Of a stretch of DNA of 64,000 bases, positions 46,857-56,572 are shown in pieces. This DNA comes from Planctomycetota bacterium (GTDB taxonomy: Bacteria; Planctomycetota; GCA-002687715; CAIWVZ01): contig JBGANV010000010.1 of assembly GCA_044222185.1 (NCBI GenBank), positions 136,554 to 200,553 on the forward strand, given 5' to 3'. Both the position numbers and the translations under genes were made by a program. The notes beneath the pieces were generated by a model. It was given only the letters and a program-made list of their open reading frames with translations. It had not been told where the DNA came from and made no database searches. Numbering within the stretch: the first letter of the stretch is position 1; each line of letters starts with the position of its first letter.

Positions 46857-49544
46857 ATGTCCAAGTCCGACCGCCTGATCCTCCTGTTCTCCGAAGTCGA
46901 CCGTCACGACGCCGCCATCGTCGGTGGAAAAGGCGCCTCCCTCGGCGAGATGTACCGCCAGCTCGTCCCGAAGGGCGTCCGCATCCCCAACGGGTTCGTG
47001 ACCACGGCCCGCGCCTTTCGCGAGTTCGTGAACGGGACGGTGCCCTCGGGAGCATGGACCGAGATCCGCGACCTGGAAGCCGTTCCCGGATTGCGCTCCC
47101 GGGCCGCCCGGGCCGAGACGCTCGCCGAAGCGTTGCGCGTCTGCTTCAAGGACGCCTCCGGCGACGACCAGGTCGAGATGCACGCGCGCACGGCCCTCGC
47201 ACGGACGTTCGTGATGACGGCGCCGATCCCCGCCGAGATTCGCGAGTCGATCGAGGATGCCTACGGCGCGTTGTGCACCGAGTATCAGAAGCGCGACATC
47301 GACGTCGCCGTGCGATCGTCCGCCACCTGCGAGGATTCGGAGGACGCGTCATTCGCCGGGCAGTGCGAGTCCTACCTGAACATCCATGGCGCCGACCAGG
47401 TCACGGCGCATTGGAAGAAGTGCGTCGCGAGCCTCTTCACGGAACGCGCCGTCGGGTACCAGTTGAAGAAGGGGCTGGATCCGTTGGGCTCGGCCCTCTC
47501 CGTCGTCGTCATGAAGATGGTGCGTTCGGACCTCGCGACGTCCGGCGTGATGTTCACGCTCGATCCGGATTCGGGACACCGCGGCGTGATCCACTTGAGC
47601 TCGTCCTACGGGCTCGGGGAACTCGTCGTACAGGGCAGCGTCTCGCCCGACACGTTCGTCATCTGGAAGCACGGGCTCCGCCACGGCAAGTCGTCCGTCG
47701 TCCATCGCACGATCGGTGCGAAGGACCGGAAGATGGTCTACTCCATGCAGGGTGGAACCACGACGGAGAGCGTCAACGTGCAGGCGAGCCGGCGGCGCAC
47801 GCTCTCCCTCACTCGCGACGAGGTGCTCGACCTGGGCCGCATGGCCCTGGCCATCGAGGAACACTACGGCCAGCCCATGGACATCGAATGGGCCAAGGAT
47901 GGCCGGACGGGCGACCTCTTCATCGTCCAGGCTCGCCCCGAGACGGTTCACGTCAAGCGTCGGCAGAACAGCCTCGAGCGATACGTCATCGACCAACCGA
48001 TGGCGGCCGCGCTGAAGGTCCAGAAGAAGGTGTTGTGCACGGGTCAGGCCGTCGGAACCCGCGTCGGCAGCGGGCGCGTGCGCCTCTACCGCTCGTACGA
48101 AGAGGTCATCCTCAAGAAGCGCGCGCTCCGCAACATGCTCGCCGAAGGTCGCAGCCTGGAGGACATCGAGCCTGAACAACGCGTGTTCGACCCGGGCGAC
48201 GTGCTCGTCACCGAGATGACGACGCCGGACTGGGAGCCCATGATGAAGGAGGCATCCCTCATCGTGACGGAGAAGGGCGGACGGACGTCCCACGCGGCGA
48301 TCATCGCCCGCGAGTTCGGCATCCCCGCGATCGTCGCCTGCGAAGGCGCGACGAAGGTGCTGAAGCCCCTCAGCGAAGTGACGGGCTCGTGCGCCGAGGG
48401 CGACATGGCGTTCGTCTACCCGGGCATCATCCCGCACAAGGTCGAGACGGTGGAATTCGACGACTCCGCCGCGTTGAAGACGAAGGTCAAATTGAACGTC
48501 GGGTTCCCGTCGAAGGCGCTCATCGACGCCATGCTGCCGTCGGATGGCGTGGGCCTCGCGCGCATCGAATTCATCCTCACGTCCGAGGTCGGCATCCACC
48601 CGCTCGCGCTCCTCTACCGAGACGAGCTCCGCGACTTCGCCGAGACGGGGAACGTGGCGCAAGAGCTGCTGCCGTTCGCCGACCGGATCCGCAAGGAGCC
48701 GCATGAGGAGCTGATCGGCCTCATCGGCGCCATCGACCGTCGCACGGGCGGCTACGCGGACAAACGCCACTTCTTCGTCGACGGCCTGAAGTACGGCGTG
48801 GGCCTGATCTGCGCCGCCTTCCACCCGCGTCCCGTTCTCGTGCGACTCTCGGACCTGAAGTCGAACGAATATCGCGAGCTGCTCGGCGGCCGACTCTTCG
48901 AGCCGCACGAGGAAAACCCCATGATCGCCTGGCGCGGCGCCTCGCGTTACGTCGATCCGCGGTTCCTGCCCGCCTTCGAGATGGAGTGCGACGCGCTGCG
49001 CGCCGTGCGGCGCGAGATGGGCCTCGACAACCTGCAGATCATGGTGCCGTTCTGCCGGACGCCCGAGGAAGGCAAGGCCGTGCGCCAGCTCCTCGACGAT
49101 CGCGGGCTCGCCGCGGAGACGGGCGTGCCGCTCTACCTCATGGTCGAGCTGCCGTCGAACGTCATCGAGGCCGACCGCTTCATCGACGAGATGCATCTGA
49201 ACGGCGGATCCATCGGATCGAACGACCTCGTCCAGACCGTCTACGCCGTGTCACGCGACGACCTCGAGCATTACTCGCACCCGGTCGATGCGCGTTCATC
49301 GGCCGTGAAGTCGATGATCCGGATGGCGGTGAAGGCGTTCAAAGACAAGGGACTCGAGATCGGCATCTGCGGACAGGCGCCCTCCGACTTCCCCGACGAG
49401 GTTCCGGCGTTCCTCGTGGATTGCGGGATCACGTCCATGTCGGTGACGCCCGACACGGTGATTCGCGTGCGCGCCGCCGTGGCGAAGGCCGAGGCTCTGC
49501 TCGGGCGCAAGACCGAACAGCCGGCTGCGACCCGGGCGCGCTGA
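46857..49544 (+). CDS. ppsA: Phosphoenolpyruvate synthase (pyruvate,water dikinase)
   Basis: VGGKGASLGEM, VAVRSSATCED...SFAGQ, MDIEWAKDG, VQARPETV, GGRTSHAAI (phospho-His), DGVGLARIEF, GICGQAPSD. Confidence 0.95.
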   Translation: MSKSDRLILLFSEVDRHDAAIVGGKGASLGEMYRQLVPKGVRIPNGFVTTARAFREFVNGTVPSGAWTEIRDLEAVPGLRSRAARAETLAEALRVCFKDASGDDQVEMHARTALARTFVMTAPIPAEIRESIEDAYGALCTEYQKRDIDVAVRSSATCEDSEDASFAGQCESYLNIHGADQVTAHWKKCVASLFTERAVGYQLKKGLDPLGSALSVVVMKMVRSDLATSGVMFTLDPDSGHRGVIHLSSSYGLGELVVQGSVSPDTFVIWKHGLRHGKSSVVHRTIGAKDRKMVYSMQGGTTTESVNVQASRRRTLSLTRDEVLDLGRMALAIEEHYGQPMDIEWAKDGRTGDLFIVQARPETVHVKRRQNSLERYVIDQPMAAALKVQKKVLCTGQAVGTRVGSGRVRLYRSYEEVILKKRALRNMLAEGRSLEDIEPEQRVFDPGDVLVTEMTTPDWEPMMKEASLIVTEKGGRTSHAAIIAREFGIPAIVACEGATKVLKPLSEVTGSCAEGDMAFVYPGIIPHKVETVEFDDSAALKTKVKLNVGFPSKALIDAMLPSDGVGLARIEFILTSEVGIHPLALLYRDELRDFAETGNVAQELLPFADRIRKEPHEELIGLIGAIDRRTGGYADKRHFFVDGLKYGVGLICAAFHPRPVLVRLSDLKSNEYRELLGGRLFEPHEENPMIAWRGASRYVDPRFLPAFEMECDALRAVRREMGLDNLQIMVPFCRTPEEGKAVRQLLDDRGLAAETGVPLYLMVELPSNVIEADRFIDEMHLNGGSIGSNDLVQTVYAVSRDDLEHYSHPVDARSSAVKSMIRMAVKAFKDKGLEIGICGQAPSDFPDEVPAFLVDCGITSMSVTPDTVIRVRAAVAKAEALLGRKTEQPAATRAR

Positions 49545-49550
49545 CCGCGC

Positions 49551-50050
49551 GGGCGTCGATTGGTGGCCGGTGCGCGATCACGGGGGCGCGGCTGATCATC
49601 GAAAGGTCCGTGGCGTTGCGACGCACGCCGGACCGGACTCCTCGGCTGCGCCTCGGTAGTCCGGCGATCCTGCCGGTCGCGTTCGAGCTTCGCTCGAAGT
49701 CGACGCGGCGCTCCTCGCCCGCGATCGCGCGTCTACGGCGTTCCGATCAGCGTTCGAGCGGGGCTGCGCGTCGGAGCGCCGATTCTCCGACGTCTCGTCG
49801 GGAATCGGCCGGATCGCCGCGCGTCCCGCGCGGTCCGGGGCGTGTCGATGGGGGCGGGGCATTCGAGGACTGATGTCGGCATGATCTTCGAACGCGCCGG
49901 GGCGAGGGATGTCGGCCGGACCGGACTCCTCGGCTTCGCCGCGGTAGTCCGGCGATCCTGCCGGTCGCGTTCGAGCTTCGCTCGAAGTCGACGCGGCGCT
50001 CCGGGGCGACTTCGACGGAGATTTGCCGATCACCGGTCCTCGGCTGATCA
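49551..50050. repeat. Intergenic array of degenerate ~288-bp structured elements
   Basis: 88-bp direct repeat at 49627-49714 and 49915-50002 (2 mismatches); clear homology to the units at 56573-57410. Confidence 0.9.
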
Positions 50051-50091
50051 GAACCGGAGTCTTCTTGGGGAGGGGCCGATAGCTCCGCCCC

Positions 50092-52593
50092 GTGGAGATT
50101 CTCGTGGGACGTCTCAGTCTGGTCCTGATCGTCGCGTTCGCGGCAGCGTTCTCGTCCAATTCGCAAGTCACGCTCACTCCGAACGTGCCGGTCGCTGTCG
50201 CACCGACGACCGGGACGTCGACGGCTGCATTCCAATTCACGCCGGTCACGGGCGTGTTCAACGTGATCGGTCTGGCGAGCTCCGCCGGCAGCGGCCTGTC
50301 TCTGCAGTCCGGCATCACCTTCGTGGGGAACTCCGCCCCGGCTCCCTTGACGAATTTCCTCATCGCGCCTCCTTTTGCCTCACCGTCCCTCGCGGCCAAT
50401 CTCACCGTGACGGCCACGGGCGGTGGCACAGCCGAGCACGCCACCCCGCAGGCCGGTTCGATCAACTCGATCGTCCAGGCGACGCTCGGGGCTGGGTACG
50501 CGCTGAAGCTCGTGAACTTCGGCCTGAGCTCGGGCCAGGCCGGGCTCTACGAGATCGTCGTGGCCGGAGACTCCTCCCTGCGGTGGTACCTCTTCAGCTT
50601 CGCTTCGCTCGGGGCTTGGGGCGTTCCCTCACAAGCCACGGCGACCGGAACCGGCACCGCCGGCGCCGGGCCGATCGCGCTCGCAAACGGCAGCTACGTC
50701 ATGGTCGTCACGAGGGACGGTGGGGCGCCAGCGACGGACCTGCCATTCGCAATGCGCGTGGCGACGACCTCCACGCACCTGACGCTGAGTGGCCCCGGCG
50801 CGTCGCTCTCCGGCCTCCTCAACGCGAACTATGAATTCACGTCGAACCCGACGGTGAACCGGTGGAACGCCGTCGGCGTCGACGGCGCCCTCCAGAACGT
50901 CAACACGCTCTACGCTGGCCCCGCGGTTTCCGCGTCCGGCGTGTCCTTCGCCTACGTCGTGGCGAACGGTCACCAGGCGACCATCCTGCCGACGGAGGGC
51001 CTGCTCGAGCACAGCGGCACGTCGGGCGGGACGCTGAAGCAGGCCACGATCCAGACGGTGACCGTGGGGACACCCGTCTCGTCGTCGGCCAACTCCCAGA
51101 CGTTCCACGTCTTCGAGTTCCAGGTCGCGAGCGCCGGTTTCTTCAACGTGGGTGTCACGGGCCCGGGCAGCCTGGGCTGGGCCCTCTTCCCGGCCAATGG
51201 CAGCGCGGCCTGGCGCCCGAAGAGCTCGTCGCTCGGGTCGGGGTTCCTCGGGACGACGATGAACTCCGTTTCGCTGGCGGCCGGATGGCATGCGATCGTC
51301 GTCTCGGGCACCGGCAGCGTAGTCCTCCCAGGCACGATGACGTGTTCGATCACGCAGGTCCCGAACAACCCGGTCCCGACGCTCGGCTCGATTTCGCCCA
51401 CCTCCGCGACGGCCGGCGGCTCGGCGTTCACGCTCACCGCCAACGGCACGCAGTTCGTCAGCGGCGCCTCCGAGGTCCGCTGGAACGGGACCGCCCTCGC
51501 GACGACGTTCGTCAGCGCGACTCAACTGACGGCAGCCGTTCCGGCGTCGCTGATCGCGCAAGGCGGCACGGCGAGCGTGACGGTCGTGACGGCCGTGCCC
51601 GGCGGCGGGACCTCGAGCGCGAAGTCCTTCGCGGTGATGAACGTGGTGCCCTCGCTGACGTCGATCTCGCCGTCGTCCGTGATCGCCGGCAACGCGGGGT
51701 TCACGCTGACGATCAACGGCACGGGCTTCGGGGCCAACGCGTCGGCGTTCGTCGAGGCGACGGCCCTCGCGACGACCGTCGTGAGCCCGACCCAGATCAC
51801 CGCACTCGTGCCGTCGACGGCGATCCGGTCCGCGGGCACGGCGCAGGTGCGCGTGTCGAATCCGGCGCCCGGCGGCGGGACTTCCGCGCCCTTGACGATG
51901 ACGATTCGTCCGCCCGTCATCACGCAGCTCGGCACGTCGAGCATCCCCGTGCTCAGCGCGACGTCGGCGCCGATCAACGTCCTCGTCAACGGCACGGACT
52001 TCCTGCCGAACCTGCACGTCTATGCCGACGCGACCATCCTGCCGAGGTCGTTCCTCAGCAGTTCGCTCGTTCAGGTGACGATCGGTCCGTCGGTCGCGGG
52101 CGCGCTGCGCCGCGGAGGACTGGCGATCACCATCGAGAACGGCCACTTCGCGGTTTCCAACGCCATGCCGATCTCCGTCGGCGGAGGAAGCAACGTCGGC
52201 ACGATCGTGCGGCATCCGTTGATCCCCCTCACAAACGAGCCGTTCACGATCGCGCTCGAAGGCGGGGCCGCGAACGCGCCCCTCGTCCTCATCGTCGACC
52301 TGCAGACGCCGGCGCCCATCTACCCGTTCCCGGACGCGACGGGCAACCTCGTGCTTTCCGTGAGGCCTTTCGCGGTCGGACAACCCGGGTGGGTTCCGCT
52401 CGTCGACAGCATCGGACTGTTCGGCGCGCCCCAAGGACCAACCTATGACGCGTCCGGGCGGCTCGACTTCGCCGGGCTCGCGGCGCCACCGATTCCGTTC
52501 GGCGTGACGTTCACGGTGCAGGCGGGCTACCTCGATCCTGCGGCGCCGCTGGGCTTCCGCACGACCTGGCCGAGCTACCCGCTGCAGCTCTGA
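50092..52593 (+). CDS. Secreted IPT/TIG-domain protein
   Basis: Signal peptide; two or three PTLGSISPTS..AG...FTLT.NGT.F...V.NP.PGGGTS repeats. Confidence 0.88.
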   Translation: MEILVGRLSLVLIVAFAAAFSSNSQVTLTPNVPVAVAPTTGTSTAAFQFTPVTGVFNVIGLASSAGSGLSLQSGITFVGNSAPAPLTNFLIAPPFASPSLAANLTVTATGGGTAEHATPQAGSINSIVQATLGAGYALKLVNFGLSSGQAGLYEIVVAGDSSLRWYLFSFASLGAWGVPSQATATGTGTAGAGPIALANGSYVMVVTRDGGAPATDLPFAMRVATTSTHLTLSGPGASLSGLLNANYEFTSNPTVNRWNAVGVDGALQNVNTLYAGPAVSASGVSFAYVVANGHQATILPTEGLLEHSGTSGGTLKQATIQTVTVGTPVSSSANSQTFHVFEFQVASAGFFNVGVTGPGSLGWALFPANGSAAWRPKSSSLGSGFLGTTMNSVSLAAGWHAIVVSGTGSVVLPGTMTCSITQVPNNPVPTLGSISPTSATAGGSAFTLTANGTQFVSGASEVRWNGTALATTFVSATQLTAAVPASLIAQGGTASVTVVTAVPGGGTSSAKSFAVMNVVPSLTSISPSSVIAGNAGFTLTINGTGFGANASAFVEATALATTVVSPTQITALVPSTAIRSAGTAQVRVSNPAPGGGTSAPLTMTIRPPVITQLGTSSIPVLSATSAPINVLVNGTDFLPNLHVYADATILPRSFLSSSLVQVTIGPSVAGALRRGGLAITIENGHFAVSNAMPISVGGGSNVGTIVRHPLIPLTNEPFTIALEGGAANAPLVLIVDLQTPAPIYPFPDATGNLVLSVRPFAVGQPGWVPLVDSIGLFGAPQGPTYDASGRLDFAGLAAPPIPFGVTFTVQAGYLDPAAPLGFRTTWPSYPLQL

Positions 52594-52657
52594 CCCGCGA
52601 CGAGCCCCGCGAGTACGATGGGCGTGCGTCGCCCGGATCGGTCGGTGCAGGAACTCG

Positions 52658-53308
52658 ATGAACTCTCCCACATCGGATGATTCGAAGGTCATGGCGGCGC
52701 TGTTCACGCGCGCTGCCGCGGGGGAGAAGTCCGCCACGGCGCACCTCCTCGAGATGCACCGCGAGCGCCTGCGCCGCATGGTCGAGATCCGCCTCGACCG
52801 CAGGTTGCGGGCACGAGTCGATGCGTCCGACGTCCTGCAGGACGTGAGTCTCGAGGCGACGCGCCGACTGCCGCGCTACCTGGAGGAACGGCCCATGCCG
52901 CTCTTCCTCTGGCTGCGATTCCTCACCGGGCAGCGGCTCGCGAAGCTCCATCGCGACCATTTGCGGACCGGGCGGCGCGACCCTCGACGGGAAGCCTCGC
53001 ACGTGCCCTGGTTCGCGCCTTCGTCCGTCGACTGCCTCGCGGCGAGCCTCGCGGCCGGCGGCGAGAGCCCGAGCCAGGCGGCGGCGCACGAGGAACAGCG
53101 GCGACTCGTGGAGCGCGGGCTCGAGCAGCTCGACCCTCAAGATCGCGAGATCATCAGCCTGCGGCATTACGAGCAGCTCTCGAACGTCGAAGTCGCCCGC
53201 GAGCTCGGCCTGGAGACGTCGGCCGCGAGCAAGCGCTACCTGCGGGCGATCCGGCGCCTGCGCGAGATCCTGGACGGCGGCTCCACGCACGGGGGCGCCA
53301 CGCCGTGA
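52658..53308 (+). CDS. ECF sigma factor, planctomycete kinase-linked type
   Basis: RERLRRMVEIRLDRRLRARVDASDVLQD, WLR, ESPSQ, DREIISLRHYEQLSNVEVA...KRYLRA. Confidence 0.92.
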   Translation: MNSPTSDDSKVMAALFTRAAAGEKSATAHLLEMHRERLRRMVEIRLDRRLRARVDASDVLQDVSLEATRRLPRYLEERPMPLFLWLRFLTGQRLAKLHRDHLRTGRRDPRREASHVPWFAPSSVDCLAASLAAGGESPSQAAAHEEQRRLVERGLEQLDPQDREIISLRHYEQLSNVEVARELGLETSAASKRYLRAIRRLREILDGGSTHGGATP

Positions 53309-56300
53309 GCGAAGAGGTCGACGACTCCGAGCTCGACACGATCGTGGAGTCGTTCGTCGCGTGCTGCCGCCGCGGCGAAAACCCCGAGCCATCCGCGTGG
53401 GTCGAACGGTTCCCGCGGTTCGCCGACGAGTTGCGGGGGATTCTCGCGACGATCCATCAGATCGAGACCGGCGGTCCGAAGCGGACGCCGGACCCGGCGG
53501 ACGTCGCGTCCGACCTGGCTCCCATGCCCGATCGCATCGGCGACTTCCAGATCGTGCGTCAGATCGGACGCGGCGGCATGGGCGTCGTCTTCGAGGCGAT
53601 CGAGGATCCCATCGGTCGTCGGGTGGCGCTCAAGGTCCTTCCGGCCCTGAGCCTCGGAACGCCCAACCAACGTGCGCGATTCAACCGAGAGGCCGAGGTG
53701 GCGTCGCGCCTCGAGCACCCGGGGATCTGCGCCGTGTACCGCGCGGGAATCCACGACGGGATTCCGTTCCTCGCCATGCGCTTCGTCGAGGGCGAGACTC
53801 TGGCGCACGTGCTGCATCGGGCGCGCGCGGGCGGGCGCAAGCCCACGACCGGCGACGAACTATCCGCCATCTTCATCATGATCGAGCGGGTCGCGCGCGC
53901 TCTGTCGCACGCGCACGATGCGGGCGTCGTCCACCGCGACGTGAAGCCGTCGAACATCATGATCGATCCGCGCGTCGGGCCCGTCGTCCTCGACTTCGGC
54001 CTCGCGCGCGCCGCATCCGGCGACGTGACGCTGACGGACACGGGCGGGCTGTGCGGCACGCCGCACTACCTCGCGCCCGAGGTCTTGCGCGCGGGCCGGT
54101 CGGGAGCCGACCCCTCGCTCGACGTCTATGGCCTCGGCGCCGTGCTCTTCGAGTGTCTCACACTCCGCTGCCCGTTCGACGCTCCGACGCCGCACGCGCT
54201 CTACCGTTCGATCCTCGAAGACGAGACGCCCGATCCCCGCGCGCTCAATCCGGCCATCGGTCGCGATGCCATGGCGGTCACCTCGACGGCGCTCGAGAAA
54301 GAGCCCTCGCGACGCTACCGGAGCGCGGCGGCATTCGCCGACGACCTGCGCGCTCTCGCCGAGCACAGGCCCGTGGCCGTGCAACCGCCGTCGCGCCTCG
54401 GGCGCATCGCGCGGTGGATGCGCCGAGAGCCGGTGAAGGCGGCGCTCGTCGCGGCACTCGCCGTCGCGGGACTCGCGCTCGCGGGTGTGGGCGGGTTCCT
54501 CCTCGCCAATGCATCGGAGATCCGCCGCGCCAAGGACATCGGCGCCCGCGAGCGCGTCGAAGCGGCACTCGTCGCCGGGTTCATGGATCTCGGACGGGAA
54601 GGCGGCGGGTCCGCAGTCGGTTTCGGTCGGGCGCTCGCCGAGGATCCGTCGTGTGCGGAGGCCGTCGCCGGGCTCGCGCTCGACGACCTGTACGACAAGC
54701 GCCCTGCGGATGCCATCGCGGAGCTGGAGCGGCATCCGGAACTGCAAGCGGCGCGTCCCGTGCTCGGGCTCATCCGCAGCACGGCGCTGCGGCGCCTCGG
54801 GCGCGCGGACGAGGCCACACGCGTCGCCGAGGCCGTGCCCGCGCCGACGTCCGTCTTCGATTGGTTCGTTCGCGGACTCCAGGAGATGGACGCCGGCATG
54901 AACGGTGACCGCGATGCGTTCGTGCACGCACGCGACAGCCTCCGTCGCGCGGTGCTGATGAGTCCGACCGCGCGGCCGTTCCAGCTGGGCGTCCTCGCGC
55001 AGGCTGCGATGTATTGCGGCGACGGCGTCGTCGCAGCCGATGCGTCGGCGGCGCTCGTCGACCTCTGGCCGCAGGAGGCTGCCTCCTGGGTGTGGCGCGC
55101 GATCGCGCTTCAGCAGACTGACGTGGTCGAGGCCGAGTCGGCGTGCCGCAGGGCGTTGCAGATGGACCCCGCGCTCGATCGCCCGCGCGAACTCCTCGTC
55201 GAACTGCTGGGTCGCCGGGAGGCGTGGGACGAGGCCGCGAAGGTCGTTCGTGAGAGACCGGGCGCGCAGCCGAGCCCGTCGATCGAGGCGAGCGCCGCGT
55301 TCTTCGAGGGCGCCGCGTTGTGGGCCAAGGGCGATTTCGACGGCGCGCGCGAGCGCTTCGTCACGGCGACGACGCGCATGCCCGGTGATGCGCGCAACTG
55401 GGTGTGGCTCGGGGACTCCTACAACCGACTGCGGCGCTTCCGCGACGCGGAGAGCGCGCATCGCACGGCGATCGCGTGCGACCGCACCCTCGCTCGCGCG
55501 CATGAGGGGCTGGGGCTCGCGCGCTGGCGGCTCGGGGATGCGGGTGGGGCTCTCGATCCGCTCCGCGAAGCCGCGCGCCTGGATCCCAAGCGGGCCAACA
55601 CGTTCAACGTCCTCGGCGCCGTGCTGAACGAGCTCGGGCGTCGTGCGGACGCTCTCGCGGCGGTGCGCGAGGCGTTCAGGCTCGACCCGTCGAATGCGGT
55701 CACGTGGTCGAATCTCCATGCGCTGCTCGATCGCGAGGGGCGGTTCGACGAGGTGCTGGAAGCCGCAGGCCAAAGGGCCGCGGCGCTCCCACTGGATCCT
55801 TCGGTCGCCGACGATCTGGGTTCGGCGCACCTCGCCGTGAACCGCTTCGACGACGCGCTCGCTGCATTCGACCATGCGCTGCAGCTCGCTCCCGATCTCG
55901 CGTCGGTGCGCATCCATCGCGCCGACGCCCTGCGCCAGCTCGGCAGATTCCGCGAGGCCGTGGCGACGCTTCGCGATGGGCGCGACGTGGCGGCGTCGAG
56001 GCCGGCGGCGCCGCCCGGGATTCCGTGGGACGAGCGCATTCGCGTGTGCGAGGCGGATCTGGCCCGGTCCGATCTCGTGCGCCGCGCGGCCGTTCACGCG
56101 GACGACGTCGAGGATTCGCCCGTATCGCGCGTCGAGCTGGCCTGGACGGCGCTCGTGACCGGGGAGCCTCACCTTGCGCGACGATGGTGTGCGGAGGTCG
56201 TTGCAACGGACCGGGAATCGGCGTCGCCTGCGGCGTTGTTCGGCGCGCTGGCGTCGATCTCGCTGGCGAGTGGCGGGGCCGAGTCTCGCTCGACTGGCGG

Positions 56301-56553
56301 CGCGGCGCCTGCGGACGCACGCGAGCGGCGCTTCGAAGCATTCCGCTACTTCCGCGCTCGCCTCGATGCCGATCGTTCGCCGCTTGGCGCCGCCGTGTCC
56401 CGCGAGGTTCGTGTTCGATGGCTGCAGCATCTCCACGACCCTCGCCTCGCCCCCGTGCGCGATCCCGCCGCCCTCTCGACCCTCCCCGACGACGAACGTC
56501 GCGCGTGGCTCCTCCTGTGGGACGACGCCCGCCGGTTCCTGGGAACGGGGTGA
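53305..56553 (+). CDS. Membrane Ser/Thr kinase with C-terminal TPR repeats
   Basis: IGRGGMGVV, VALK, HRDVKPSN, DFG, GTPHYLAPE, TM helix, multiple TPRs; GTGA-coupled to the sigma gene. Confidence 0.93.
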   Translation: MSEEVDDSELDTIVESFVACCRRGENPEPSAWVERFPRFADELRGILATIHQIETGGPKRTPDPADVASDLAPMPDRIGDFQIVRQIGRGGMGVVFEAIEDPIGRRVALKVLPALSLGTPNQRARFNREAEVASRLEHPGICAVYRAGIHDGIPFLAMRFVEGETLAHVLHRARAGGRKPTTGDELSAIFIMIERVARALSHAHDAGVVHRDVKPSNIMIDPRVGPVVLDFGLARAASGDVTLTDTGGLCGTPHYLAPEVLRAGRSGADPSLDVYGLGAVLFECLTLRCPFDAPTPHALYRSILEDETPDPRALNPAIGRDAMAVTSTALEKEPSRRYRSAAAFADDLRALAEHRPVAVQPPSRLGRIARWMRREPVKAALVAALAVAGLALAGVGGFLLANASEIRRAKDIGARERVEAALVAGFMDLGREGGGSAVGFGRALAEDPSCAEAVAGLALDDLYDKRPADAIAELERHPELQAARPVLGLIRSTALRRLGRADEATRVAEAVPAPTSVFDWFVRGLQEMDAGMNGDRDAFVHARDSLRRAVLMSPTARPFQLGVLAQAAMYCGDGVVAADASAALVDLWPQEAASWVWRAIALQQTDVVEAESACRRALQMDPALDRPRELLVELLGRREAWDEAAKVVRERPGAQPSPSIEASAAFFEGAALWAKGDFDGARERFVTATTRMPGDARNWVWLGDSYNRLRRFRDAESAHRTAIACDRTLARAHEGLGLARWRLGDAGGALDPLREAARLDPKRANTFNVLGAVLNELGRRADALAAVREAFRLDPSNAVTWSNLHALLDREGRFDEVLEAAGQRAAALPLDPSVADDLGSAHLAVNRFDDALAAFDHALQLAPDLASVRIHRADALRQLGRFREAVATLRDGRDVAASRPAAPPGIPWDERIRVCEADLARSDLVRRAAVHADDVEDSPVSRVELAWTALVTGEPHLARRWCAEVVATDRESASPAALFGALASISLASGGAESRSTGGAAPADARERRFEAFRYFRARLDADRSPLGAAVSREVRVRWLQHLHDPRLAPVRDPAALSTLPDDERRAWLLLWDDARRFLGTG

Positions 56554-56572
56554 TGATCGTTTCTCCTCTCTA

